A DNA stretch of 29,777 nt from a virus (lineage: Duplodnaviria; Caudoviricetes). The stretch is taken from positions 1 to 29,777 of the IMG/VR virus record IMGVR_UViG_3300030433_000970; one strand, 5' to 3'. The notes beneath the pieces were generated by a model. That model saw nothing but the letters and a program-made list of their open reading frames with translations. It made no database searches and had not been told where the DNA came from. Position numbers and translations under genes: made by a program. This document shows, piece after piece, positions 1-8,543 of this stretch (positions are counted from its first letter, which is position 1; the number at the start of each line of letters is the position of its first letter).

Positions 1-40
1 TATTCCCTATTATGCCTAAATATACCTATTTGCGATATTC

Positions 41-62
41 ATTAGGTCCGTATTAGGTCCGT
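41..62. repeat. Perfect 11-bp tandem direct repeat (ATTAGGTCCGT x2)
   Basis: ATTAGGTCCGT at 41-51 and 52-62, in non-coding DNA beyond the end of the lysis module. Confidence 0.9.
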
Positions 63-75
63 TTTTATGTAGAGA

Positions 76-117
76 AGGCCTGGGGAAAGGAACAGCGAAT
101 TCTTAACACCCAGGCCT
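76..117 (-). terminator. Stem-loop at the 3' end of the late operon (possible terminator or regulatory hairpin)
   Basis: Perfect 9-bp GC-rich inverted repeat AGGCCTGGG (76-84) / CCCAGGCCT (109-117) with a 24-nt loop, overlapping the endolysin stop codon; only a weak U-tract follows. Confidence 0.6.
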
Positions 118-601
118 ATTTGTTAATATTAGATATCAACGATTTAAACTTAGCTACACTACCTTTACCTTTGCTAGTATTATATGCAATCTTCCACATG
201 GATCCAGCTTCATCAATAGTTTTAGGTAATGGTTGTGGTGACCGCCAGTATTTTAATCTAGCCATTACAATAGCTACAGCCATGTTATGTTCTAGGACCC
301 ATGACCAATCATTTAAATTCTCAGATTCCCATAAGCTAGGATCGGTCATAGTTGCTTTAGCGCATTGTTCTCTTACTACTTTTCTGTATTTTAAATAATG
401 CTTTACACATGATACAGCACTTTCAGGTTCAAACTGCCAAAAGCTTTTAGCTGGACCATTGTTTAATTGTTGTATGTACTCATACCTAGATTCAACGTAT
501 CCAGTCCAAAACAGTAGCTTAACGGCATTATTATGGTTGTACTTATGCCCTAACCGCTTTAAAGTATTTTTGATTAGATTTTTGACCTGGTCGTGGTTCA
601 C
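116..601 (-). CDS. Putative endolysin (lysozyme-like fold)
   Basis: Last gene of the late operon, after membrane-protein genes; helix ending in a catalytic-type 'ES' (TGYVESRY), then GPAKSFWQFEP and WKIAYNT, as in lysozyme-like phage lysins. Confidence 0.65.
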   Translation of the reverse strand: MNHDQVKNLIKNTLKRLGHKYNHNNAVKLLFWTGYVESRYEYIQQLNNGPAKSFWQFEPESAVSCVKHYLKYRKVVREQCAKATMTDPSLWESENLNDWSWVLEHNMAVAIVMARLKYWRSPQPLPKTIDEAGSMWKIAYNTSKGKGSVAKFKSLISNINK

Positions 602-840
602 TTTTTATCGCCTAGAAGTCCAGCAACAATATCAGTAACAACATCTACAAAGTCACGAAAAAGTTCAGATTCTCGCTCATTACTAGTAAATGGTATATTT
701 ATTTTAGCATCTAATTTTTCAGCTAAAGCAATTTCAAATTCTTCAGATTGTATATGTTCAATGAACTTTGCTTTTACATCTTCAGCTTGTTTCTCAGCAA
801 TATTCATTGCAGATGCTATGATTAGTTTTGTCATATTCAT
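598..840 (-). CDS. Hypothetical protein in lysis module
   Basis: 80-aa ORF abutting or overlapping its neighbours, in operon orientation. Confidence 0.75.
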   Translation of the reverse strand: MNMTKLIIASAMNIAEKQAEDVKAKFIEHIQSEEFEIALAEKLDAKINIPFTSNERESELFRDFVDVVTDIVAGLLGDKK

Positions 841-1065
841 TTAGAGTATCCTCATTATTAGGTTTACGATTATTGGTAATGCTATTAGACCTATGGCTCC
901 ATAAGTCTGTATAACAATTATGTCTTTCTCGTGTTTGTCTACCTTTCCATTAATTTTATCTAAATGTCTCTCAATTTTATTTATTGATTTAAACAATGTA
1001 AATTGTCTTTCGCTTAGTTGTGTAAGGTGTGCAATTATCTCTGTATGTTTTTCTTCGCTCATCAT
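841..1065 (-). CDS. Holin/XhlA-like membrane protein
   Basis: N-terminal coiled coil (IERHLDKINGKV) and one C-terminal hydrophobic helix (YGAIGLIALPIIVNLIM); ATGA-type overlap with the upstream ORF. Confidence 0.55.
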   Translation of the reverse strand: MMSEEKHTEIIAHLTQLSERQFTLFKSINKIERHLDKINGKVDKHEKDIIVIQTYGAIGLIALPIIVNLIMRIL

Positions 1066-1346
1066 TTACCTTTTCTATCTTTCCCAAAAATATTTATCTT
1101 GTACCACTTTTGTATTTCTTCTATCTCAGCATCATGTATTGCGGAGAGGTCATCAACTCTTTTATCAAGACTTCGTATTGATTCTTCAGCAACTCTAAGT
1201 CTTTGTTCATATTTGAAAATGATGCCGCCCAAGCATATGCATGATATAACAATATTGCGAATCCAGGCCAAATTAATTGATATAATCGCATTATCAGATA
1301 CAGTTCGTATGTTTGCGGAACGATACGTTTTTTCTTCATGAGTCAT
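1062..1346 (-). CDS. Small membrane protein with coiled coil (lysis module)
   Basis: Hydrophobic segment NIVISCICLGGIIF followed by heptad-like RLRVAEESIRSLDKRVDDL. Confidence 0.65.
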   Translation of the reverse strand: MTHEEKTYRSANIRTVSDNAIISINLAWIRNIVISCICLGGIIFKYEQRLRVAEESIRSLDKRVDDLSAIHDAEIEEIQKWYKINIFGKDRKGK

Positions 1347-1349
1347 CCC

Positions 1350-1433
1350 CTAGGTCCCAAGTATTACACAACCGCCTAGCACTACAAAAAGAAATACTAC
1401 AATTGATATATAATCTTTCCAATCTTCGTTCAT
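1350..1433 (-). CDS. 27-aa single-TM peptide (not in ORF track)
   Basis: Hand translation MNEDWKDYISIVVFLFVVLGGCVILGT*; its ATG overlaps the upstream stop (TAATG) and it fills the gap between two genes. Confidence 0.6.
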   Translation of the reverse strand: MNEDWKDYISIVVFLFVVLGGCVILGT

Positions 1434-1771
1434 TAGTGATGTCCATTCAAGCGACTAATAATCCCTTTGATTTCTGAGATTTGTGCATCCATATCTGCTA
1501 TGTCCCTGGATATAGCCTCATGCCTACGATTTCTTTCATCGCTTTGCTGTTCTGACTCGCGCTGTATCCTATCAACTAACTTTAAAACAATTGATTGTGT
1601 ATTAGACATTACTTCAGACATAGCACTAGCATTTTCCCTGATAGTTTCTAGTTCCTTATCCTGATTGGCCTGACTTTTTATAATGTTCGTAATCATAAAA
1701 CCGAACAATAACGCCATTACCCCAGTTACACCAAGGGTCCCATAAGCATCTAGTAATGTTGCTGTATCCAT
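1433..1771 (-). CDS. Putative holin-like protein (N-terminal TM, coiled coil)
   Basis: YGTLGVTGVMALLFGFMITNII hydrophobic helix plus long coiled coil; AAGGGA RBS; located in the lysis module. Confidence 0.6.
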   Translation of the reverse strand: MDTATLLDAYGTLGVTGVMALLFGFMITNIIKSQANQDKELETIRENASAMSEVMSNTQSIVLKLVDRIQRESEQQSDERNRRHEAISRDIADMDAQISEIKGIISRLNGHH

Positions 1772-1787
1772 ATCCGCATCCCTTCTA

Positions 1788-1991
1788 TTATCCCAGGCTA
1801 TCTTTCAGCTTAGTATAAAAATGGGTATGCCCACCTACTAATTCATCCATGTTAAACTGGGTATTATTTATTTTATTTTCAAGATTCTCCAAATGTGCGA
1901 CTAACTTCTTTTGGTCATCAGTCATTTTACTTATCGGATATTCTTTACCATCAATGGTGACTACAGGGTCGTTTTTCTTTTTCTGTGTCAT
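1788..1991 (-). CDS. Small coiled-coil protein (DUF6447-like; possible fibre-assembly protein)
   Basis: Start moved to ATG at 1991, which follows AGGAG; VTIDGKEYxxxxMTDDQK then coiled coil, typical of small ORFs after fibre genes. Confidence 0.7.
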   Translation of the reverse strand: MTQKKKNDPVVTIDGKEYPISKMTDDQKKLVAHLENLENKINNTQFNMDELVGGHTHFYTKLKDSLG

Positions 1992-2031
1992 TTTATTACT
2001 CCTAAACCAGTTAAGGTTTCGTTTGTGTTGT

Positions 2032-2370
2032 TTACTCTTCGCCATCTTCCAAAGCCTCGTAATCAGCTTTAATGGCTTCCCATGATTCTTTTGCACTAGT
2101 CAACTCTGCAATTTGACTTGTTAAATCGTTGATGGAATAATCAACTTCACTTAAATTGTACTGAGTTATTCTATCAGCAAGTTTGCTTCCAGTATCAGGA
2201 TTGAATTGCCTTGTTGCTATTTTAATTTCATCATGACTTTTTTCTGCTATTGCTTCTACAATAACATTTCCATCATCATCTGTTTGTTCTTCAACTGCTG
2301 GTAAGTCTACTATTTTTACTTTACTCAGTACGCTCCTTCCAGCATCTTTAGATTCTTTATAGTTTATCAT
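2032..2370 (-). CDS. Hypothetical protein downstream of tail fibre (possible chaperone)
   Basis: AGGAG RBS; acidic 112-aa protein with C-terminal coiled coil. Confidence 0.75.
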   Translation of the reverse strand: MINYKESKDAGRSVLSKVKIVDLPAVEEQTDDDGNVIVEAIAEKSHDEIKIATRQFNPDTGSKLADRITQYNLSEVDYSINDLTSQIAELTSAKESWEAIKADYEALEDGEE

Positions 2371-2383
2371 TTTATTCTCCTAA

Positions 2384-5300
2384 TTATTGATTATAATCTA
2401 TTTTATCAATTCTTATTTTGCTGTAAGTTGTATTCAATGGTACAGTTCCACTTGATTCTCTGTCTAAAACCAATGAAGTCACTTTTACCCAAGTGTTTAA
2501 AGAACCAGTAGTTATTCTTATTTGACCAGCCATAGCACCTGAATTGTAGTTAGCACCATTGCTTCTTATATACATAGCTTCTAATCCATAGCTATCAAGC
2601 AATGTGTTACTACTATTATAATGTTCAACATATGTAAGGCATGTAAATCTGTTACTAGCACTCTGTGCAGTGACAACTAAAGTAACAGATATTTCATATT
2701 CACCAGCCCTTTTTAATGTAATTTTTTCATCATTATCTGTATGACTTATATATGTTCCATTTTCAGTTGATGGCGTTCCAAATAAAATATCACCTTTTGT
2801 TAAAGAGACTCCAAAGTTGATGTTTGTTGCAGTAGTTGCACATTTAAATACTGTTGTTGGCGATACTGTTATTGATGGTAGTCCTTCAATACTAGCGTTT
2901 GTAAAATCTATATCAGAATTGAATGTTACCGCATCTTCATGAGTTACTTGTTGGTCAAAAGTAGCACTACCTTGAATTTTTAAACTTCCAGCAACGTCTA
3001 ACATAGCACTAGGGCTTGTATGGTTTATTCCAATGTCACCACTACTATTTATGTATAAACGACTAGTTGAACTACTAGCGGCTGTGAGATTTATTCCACC
3101 ACCACTTACTCCTCTAATTTGTCCTACACCACTACCATCTCTATGTAAAAGAATATAAGGGTCACCACTTGCCCTATTAATTCTCATACCATCTACTAAA
3201 TCAAGTTTATATGCTGGACTTGTAGTACCAATGCCTAATCCAGTAGAATGTAAAGTCATTTTTGTAGAATTACTTGTACGGAAATACAGCTTGTCACTAG
3301 AGTGTTCGTAAACAAATCCACCTTGTGAATATGAGTTAGTATCGCCTAAATAAATATTACTATATCCGAGATTACCACTCATTAATTGCATTTGTGCAGT
3401 ATGACTTGCGGCATTAGTATTGCCAATGTATAAAGCAGAATCACTATGTCTTGTATTACTACCACTTTTACGAATATCAACTGGACCATAAAAAGTAGAT
3501 GAACTATCTGCTTGATTAAGTGTTAATAAACTATAAGAACTAGTAGTCAAATCATTATGAAATCCATCTACTACTTTAGTACCTATAGTAAATTTTCTTT
3601 CACCACTTGTACCATCCATAGTCCCAGTATACCAACCATAATGATGACCACTTACACCATGATTATATGTTATACCTACTGGATAATCATCACCAGTATC
3701 TCTTATCTGTACTATTGTACCACTAGAACTATTACCCTGAATGTCTAATTTTTGAGAAGGTGAATCTGTACCTAAACCTGTTACTCCATTTGACTTTACT
3801 GTCATAAGGCTGGTACCATCATATTTCATTACATTTAATACTTTATCAGCAGTACCATCTCTAGTATTTTTTACTTCTAATCCATAATAGTTCCCACTTG
3901 GATTATCATTGTATCCAGCAATCCTTATTCCATTATTAGATTGTAATACTAACCTTCCATTATGGCTACCAGTTCTTACATTGTTAATAAAATCGTTTCT
4001 AAAAATATTTCTTATTGTACCACCACCATTTGGCAAAGAAGTACTAAAATCTATTGCACAATCAGCACTAGATTTACCAATACCAATTCTTGTTTCTGAA
4101 CCAGTACTTCTAACAGAAAACATATCCATTGAATTAGCATCATCTCTAACATGAAAAATTTGACTAGGTGTAGTTGTACCTACACCAACTTTGCCATCAG
4201 ATTTAACTGTTAACTTTGCAGAATTATTTATACCTAATGAAACTGATTGTCCAGTTGGTGCATTAATTACTGTTGACCCAGTTGGTGCTTGTTTTACTGC
4301 ATAATTATAACCAGTAGCATAATCAAAATGACTAAGGTACATATAATCAGTAACTGCACTAAAAAGTTTTGCCCTACCTAATATTGTTAAAGCATTTGTA
4401 TCAGGTGCTACTGATAAAGCACCAGCTGGAGAAGAAGTCTGAATTCCAACCTTGCCAGTATTGCCTATAAAAAACTGTACGTTACTACCATCAGGTTTAA
4501 ATTGCATTGTATTATTTACTGACCTTATAGAAGATGTTGTGCCATTAGTTGTATCGCCTAACCTTAATTGGTCTACAGTTTGTGCAGTTGCAAAATAACC
4601 AGTACTTCTTACATCAAGACCATATACTGGCGAGGTTGTGCCTATGCCAATTAAACCATCTCCAGCAATTGTCATTCTTGTTGTATTATTAGTTGCTAAA
4701 TGAAGAGGTATATTTCCATAAGTACCAAGTTGTACATTTGCACCAGCAAAAAGAAATCCCCTTAATGTAGAATTTTGATATAAATCGTTTTGACCTTGAA
4801 AAGATGTTCTGCCAGTTGTAGGTCTTGTGCTACTTCCAAAATTAAAATAAGCACTACCATTAACATCTAAATCTGTTGCTGGAGAAGTTGTCCCAATTCC
4901 AACATACCCAGTAGTATCTGCTATAACTACTTTATCAGTACCAGCTTGTTGAAATCTATGTGAAAATCCACCACTGCTACCTAATGCATTTAAATATAAA
5001 CCATTACCACTAGCTGACCTAAATGTTGAAGTAGCAGTAATAATACCATTTACATGAAATATACTTGAAGGACTAGTAGTTGCTACTCCTACATTACCAT
5101 TTGAACCATTAACAAAAATTCTGTTTTGATAACTTGCAGTTCCTATACCTATGCTATTTGTACCATGTTTAGGGTATATACTAATGTCCCCGCCACCAGT
5201 AGTACCAAGTCTATAATTTCTTACTTGTATATCAAATGTACCAGCACCCGCTGAATGTGCAATATCAGTTGGTAAACCAACAGAACCAGCATTTACATAA

Positions 5301-6082
5301 AATCCTTGATTGTGACCATCTCCCTTTACATCAAGAAAACCTCTAGCAGAAGTTGTGGTATCTGTACCCATTTTAATTTTACCATCAGTTTGGATACTCA
5401 TTCTTTGTGTATGTGTGCTAGTACTATGAGTTCTAGTTTGGAATATTAAACCTTGGTCTGCACCAGTTTTAAAACTTTTTATTGCTAAATATTCATAATC
5501 ACTTCCAACTGTTCTAAATCCAAAACCACCAGTTCCTGAACCAGCTATGTAGCTAAAATCAGACATATTGGTTTCTATTTTTTTGCTTGTAGAACTATGA
5601 AGAAGGGATATAGTTCCATGAGTTCCACCAAAGGAATTATTACCAGAACTATTAAAAGCATGACCAAGATTAGCTTGGTATTTTAAATAATAACTATCTC
5701 TATATATTTCGTGAGTACCACCACCAGGAAAACTTATTTTACTACTTGTTCCAAGAGATAAATATAAATGCCCATAAGATTCAGTATTCATATTCAAGCT
5801 TGAAGAACCAAGTGATATTTTATCATGCGCTCCATCTACTTGAAACTTTACTCCAGCACCATGGTCATTAAACCTAAATCCTCTTGTAGATGTAATATCT
5901 AAAAATTCACTTGTAGTACGAGGACCTTTATAAGCATCATAATAAGTATCACCACTTGTTACTTTTATATTTCCACTTACATGAAGTGCTTCACTAGGTG
6001 ATGAGGTCCCAACGCCAAGCTTACTTGTAACGCTTACAACACCGCTGGAATCTTCTGCAATTATTTTTTTAAATGTAGGCAT
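2384..6082 (-). CDS. Long tail fibre / receptor-binding protein
   Basis: 1232 aa, Gly/Ser/Thr-rich, about ten GxxG(I/V)GTTSPxxxL(D/H)V modules, and a beta-rich C-terminal head (GEYEISVTL) resembling C1q/BclA-type trimer domains. Confidence 0.85.
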   Translation of the reverse strand: MPTFKKIIAEDSSGVVSVTSKLGVGTSSPSEALHVSGNIKVTSGDTYYDAYKGPRTTSEFLDITSTRGFRFNDHGAGVKFQVDGAHDKISLGSSSLNMNTESYGHLYLSLGTSSKISFPGGGTHEIYRDSYYLKYQANLGHAFNSSGNNSFGGTHGTISLLHSSTSKKIETNMSDFSYIAGSGTGGFGFRTVGSDYEYLAIKSFKTGADQGLIFQTRTHSTSTHTQRMSIQTDGKIKMGTDTTTSARGFLDVKGDGHNQGFYVNAGSVGLPTDIAHSAGAGTFDIQVRNYRLGTTGGGDISIYPKHGTNSIGIGTASYQNRIFVNGSNGNVGVATTSPSSIFHVNGIITATSTFRSASGNGLYLNALGSSGGFSHRFQQAGTDKVVIADTTGYVGIGTTSPATDLDVNGSAYFNFGSSTRPTTGRTSFQGQNDLYQNSTLRGFLFAGANVQLGTYGNIPLHLATNNTTRMTIAGDGLIGIGTTSPVYGLDVRSTGYFATAQTVDQLRLGDTTNGTTSSIRSVNNTMQFKPDGSNVQFFIGNTGKVGIQTSSPAGALSVAPDTNALTILGRAKLFSAVTDYMYLSHFDYATGYNYAVKQAPTGSTVINAPTGQSVSLGINNSAKLTVKSDGKVGVGTTTPSQIFHVRDDANSMDMFSVRSTGSETRIGIGKSSADCAIDFSTSLPNGGGTIRNIFRNDFINNVRTGSHNGRLVLQSNNGIRIAGYNDNPSGNYYGLEVKNTRDGTADKVLNVMKYDGTSLMTVKSNGVTGLGTDSPSQKLDIQGNSSSGTIVQIRDTGDDYPVGITYNHGVSGHHYGWYTGTMDGTSGERKFTIGTKVVDGFHNDLTTSSYSLLTLNQADSSSTFYGPVDIRKSGSNTRHSDSALYIGNTNAASHTAQMQLMSGNLGYSNIYLGDTNSYSQGGFVYEHSSDKLYFRTSNSTKMTLHSTGLGIGTTSPAYKLDLVDGMRINRASGDPYILLHRDGSGVGQIRGVSGGGINLTAASSSTSRLYINSSGDIGINHTSPSAMLDVAGSLKIQGSATFDQQVTHEDAVTFNSDIDFTNASIEGLPSITVSPTTVFKCATTATNINFGVSLTKGDILFGTPSTENGTYISHTDNDEKITLKRAGEYEISVTLVVTAQSASNRFTCLTYVEHYNSSNTLLDSYGLEAMYIRSNGANYNSGAMAGQIRITTGSLNTWVKVTSLVLDRESSGTVPLNTTYSKIRIDKIDYNQ

Positions 6083-6088
6083 TAAGGA

Positions 6089-6238
6089 TTATCCGTTCTT
6101 TGTCATTTCCTTTTCGAGGTTACCAGCTAATCGTTCTAATAGCTTACCAAAGGCTATAGAATGTTCACCCTTAATGGTGGCCTGATTCATAACTTGTACT
6201 ATTAGATTTAATTGATTGGCATCTAATTCAACTTTCAA
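6089..6238 (-). CDS. 49-aa protein, probable fibre chaperone (not in ORF track)
   Basis: TTG start after AGGAG; MKVELDANQLNLIVQVMNQATIKGEHSIAFGKLLERLAGNLEKEMTKNG*; fills the gap before the fibre gene. Confidence 0.7.
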   Translation of the reverse strand: MKVELDANQLNLIVQVMNQATIKGEHSIAFGKLLERLAGNLEKEMTKNG

Positions 6239-6425
6239 GATTACTCCTATGCATTTTTCCCAGTTTTGTGATTACAGCATAGGCTTGTTCAATTTCCGTT
6301 CCCTCGAAATTACTTCTCTTAATTAATCTTAATAAAAAGTCAGTATCCCGAACATCTAACCTATGAACTATAGGCTGTTGAGGTTCGGGAATATTATCCG
6401 ACCTTTTCTTCACTATCTTAGACAC
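6228..6425 (-). CDS. Small protein, probable fibre chaperone
   Basis: 65 aa between fibre genes; helix-G-helix pattern similar to the adjacent 49-aa ORF. Confidence 0.7.
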   Translation of the reverse strand: MSKIVKKRSDNIPEPQQPIVHRLDVRDTDFLLRLIKRSNFEGTEIEQAYAVITKLGKMHRSNLES

Positions 6426-6429
6426 CTAC

Positions 6430-7836
6430 TTAAGCAGTTCTAACGTATGCCACCCCACCAGCTACCTGGAATCCACCAACTGGTACTGATGTGTCTGTTG
6501 TGTCTAATGTTGCTTTTACAGACTGCAATGCAATCCTGGTCCCACTAGATGGTAAGGCCGCTGAACTATTACTTCCAACAACCCAGGCACCTTCTGATGA
6601 ATCATACCAAAAACAAGCATTATCTCCTGACGAACCTTGTTCAACAACGATTCCAGCATCAACAGCTGTACCAGTTAAATCACTGTTAAGTACTAAGGTA
6701 TTATCTGCAATTTCTAATGTTTCTGTGTTAGTAGTAATGGTTGTTCCACTTACTGTTAAGTCTCCACCAACTGTTACATTACCAGTAAAAGAAGGACTTG
6801 CTAAAGGTGCTTTTGCATTAAGCTGAGTTTGAATATTAGATGTAACTCCATCAACATAATTTAGTTCGGCAGTTGTTGCTGTTACTCCATCTAATAAATT
6901 TAATTCTGTTGCAGTAGCTGTAACACCATCAAGAATATTCAATTCAGCAGTTGTAGATGTTACCCCATCAAGAATATTTAATTCTGATGCAGTAGCAGTT
7001 ACTCCATCTAAGATATTTATTTCATCTTTAGTTGCTGTTACTCCATCAAGAATATTTAATTCAGCGGCAGTAGATGTAACTTGAGTACCATTTAAATGAA
7101 AATGTACAGTTCTTACACTTCTTGTATGAATATCATCCCAAACATTACTAGCACCACCTAATTGAACACTTCTATTTGCAGTTGGTTGTAATATATCTTT
7201 GTTAGCAGAATCATCACCACTACTTATAAATTCCATAGTATCTGTATCATCATCGATACCAAACAATATTTTACCTTCAGCTGGTGAGCCATCAAATTCA
7301 AATTTAATTCTAGGTTTTTGGTCACTTACACCTATTAATAATGCATTGTTTGTAAGTTCAGTTACATTGCTAATAGTATTGTCAAGATTTATTGTTACAT
7401 CACCACTAGCACCGCCACCATTTAAACCAGTTCCAGCACCTACAGTTGTTATATCTCCTGATTGTGCATCAGCCCAACTAAATGTACCATCACCATCTGA
7501 TTGTAAAACTTGGCCTGAAGTTCCATTTGCACCAAGTCCAGCTAAGTGTACTGGGTCTACTGCGCCATCTGCAATTTCTGCTGAATTAACCGCATCATCA
7601 GCCATCTTTGCATTTGTTACTGCATTTGATGCTAATGCTGTAGCATCTACAACTCCCGATGCTAAACTAGTTGATAATGCTACTGCACCACTTCCATTAA
7701 AGCTTACTGCACTAGCAGTGACATCACCAGTAATACTAAAGTTTCTTGCTGTTGTTAATGTGGCACTAGAACCAGTTGTGCTTTGCGCTATAGTATCAGC
7801 ACTTGTTTCTGTAACCACCTTTTTAAATGTTGCCAT
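6430..7836 (-). CDS. Tail fibre / fibre-like structural protein
   Basis: AAGGAG RBS; fibre motifs ARNFSITGDVT, GTSGQVLQSDGDGTFSW, GDITTVGAGTGLNGG, KAPLASPSFTG; tandem 13-aa repeats. Confidence 0.85.
   Translation of the reverse strand: MATFKKVVTETSADTIAQSTTGSSATLTTARNFSITGDVTASAVSFNGSGAVALSTSLASGVVDATALASNAVTNAKMADDAVNSAEIADGAVDPVHLAGLGANGTSGQVLQSDGDGTFSWADAQSGDITTVGAGTGLNGGGASGDVTINLDNTISNVTELTNNALLIGVSDQKPRIKFEFDGSPAEGKILFGIDDDTDTMEFISSGDDSANKDILQPTANRSVQLGGASNVWDDIHTRSVRTVHFHLNGTQVTSTAAELNILDGVTATKDEINILDGVTATASELNILDGVTSTTAELNILDGVTATATELNLLDGVTATTAELNYVDGVTSNIQTQLNAKAPLASPSFTGNVTVGGDLTVSGTTITTNTETLEIADNTLVLNSDLTGTAVDAGIVVEQGSSGDNACFWYDSSEGAWVVGSNSSAALPSSGTRIALQSVKATLDTTDTSVPVGGFQVAGGVAYVRTA
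6847..7080 (-). repeat. Six tandem 39-bp coding repeats (VT[A/S]TxxE[L/I]NxxDG)
   Basis: Translation shows six consecutive 13-aa units followed by VTSNIQTQLN. Confidence 0.9.
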
Positions 7837-7862
7837 TTGTTACTCCTTATTATCTTGATGGT

Positions 7863-8492
7863 TTATGGTATAGCCACAAAAACCTGACCATCTTTGTTTA
7901 CAATATCCCCATCCGTTGGGCTAGATGGTAATGTTGAAACACTTTTTAATTTCAATGTACCATCATTTTTTGCTTCCAAACCATTGTCAGCATCTAAAAT
8001 CAATGTTCCATTTGGTCCATTAATTTCAATTTTTTCTTTCATTATTACTGGTCTAAGTAGATTTAATCTTGCGCCATTTGTGGCATCGTAATTAATTCTA
8101 GCTACGTTAACCTGGCTATCATTTGTTTGGTCCCTTAAACTCAACATATCTGCCTTTATATCATCAGCTGTAATATCATCTATAGTTAAATCACCAGTTA
8201 CAGATAAATCACCAGTAATAGATAAATTTCCATTCAAGCTATTTATCTCTAAGGTCCCAGCGGTCAACTCCCCAGTTACTGTTAAATCACCAGTGACTGT
8301 TGTATCTCCAGTTATTGTTGTAGTACCAATTATATCTAATGTGTCTGTACCTAGATATAAAGGACTGCCAACTCCTTCACCATCAAAAACACGCTTAGCT
8401 GTAGATTCCAAACCCTGATTAGGTGTGCTACTGGCTACAGTCAATAAATCTTTATATGTTTCCGCTGGTGTTTTATTTAATAATGATGCCAT
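7863..8492 (-). CDS. Minor tail/fibre-like protein
   Basis: GGAG RBS; 6-aa TGDL(T/S)V repeats suggesting a beta-helix; first gene of the fibre module. Confidence 0.7.
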   Translation of the reverse strand: MASLLNKTPAETYKDLLTVASSTPNQGLESTAKRVFDGEGVGSPLYLGTDTLDIIGTTTITGDTTVTGDLTVTGELTAGTLEINSLNGNLSITGDLSVTGDLTIDDITADDIKADMLSLRDQTNDSQVNVARINYDATNGARLNLLRPVIMKEKIEINGPNGTLILDADNGLEAKNDGTLKLKSVSTLPSSPTDGDIVNKDGQVFVAIP

Positions 8493-8543
8493 AATTACTC
8501 CGAATTTTTAATAATATGCAGAAGTATTAAACATATTTAAGCG

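Noticed and set aside
1992-2096. N-terminal extension of ORF 1788-2096
   Set aside because: It overlaps the upstream gene; AGGAG precedes the ATG at 1991.
2384-2800. Diversity-generating retroelement target at the fibre C-terminus
   Set aside because: No reverse transcriptase and no template/variable repeat pair was seen in the window.
6847-7080. Regular 39-bp periodicity as a possible CRISPR array
   Set aside because: The units are in-frame coding repeats with synonymous variation and no unique spacers.
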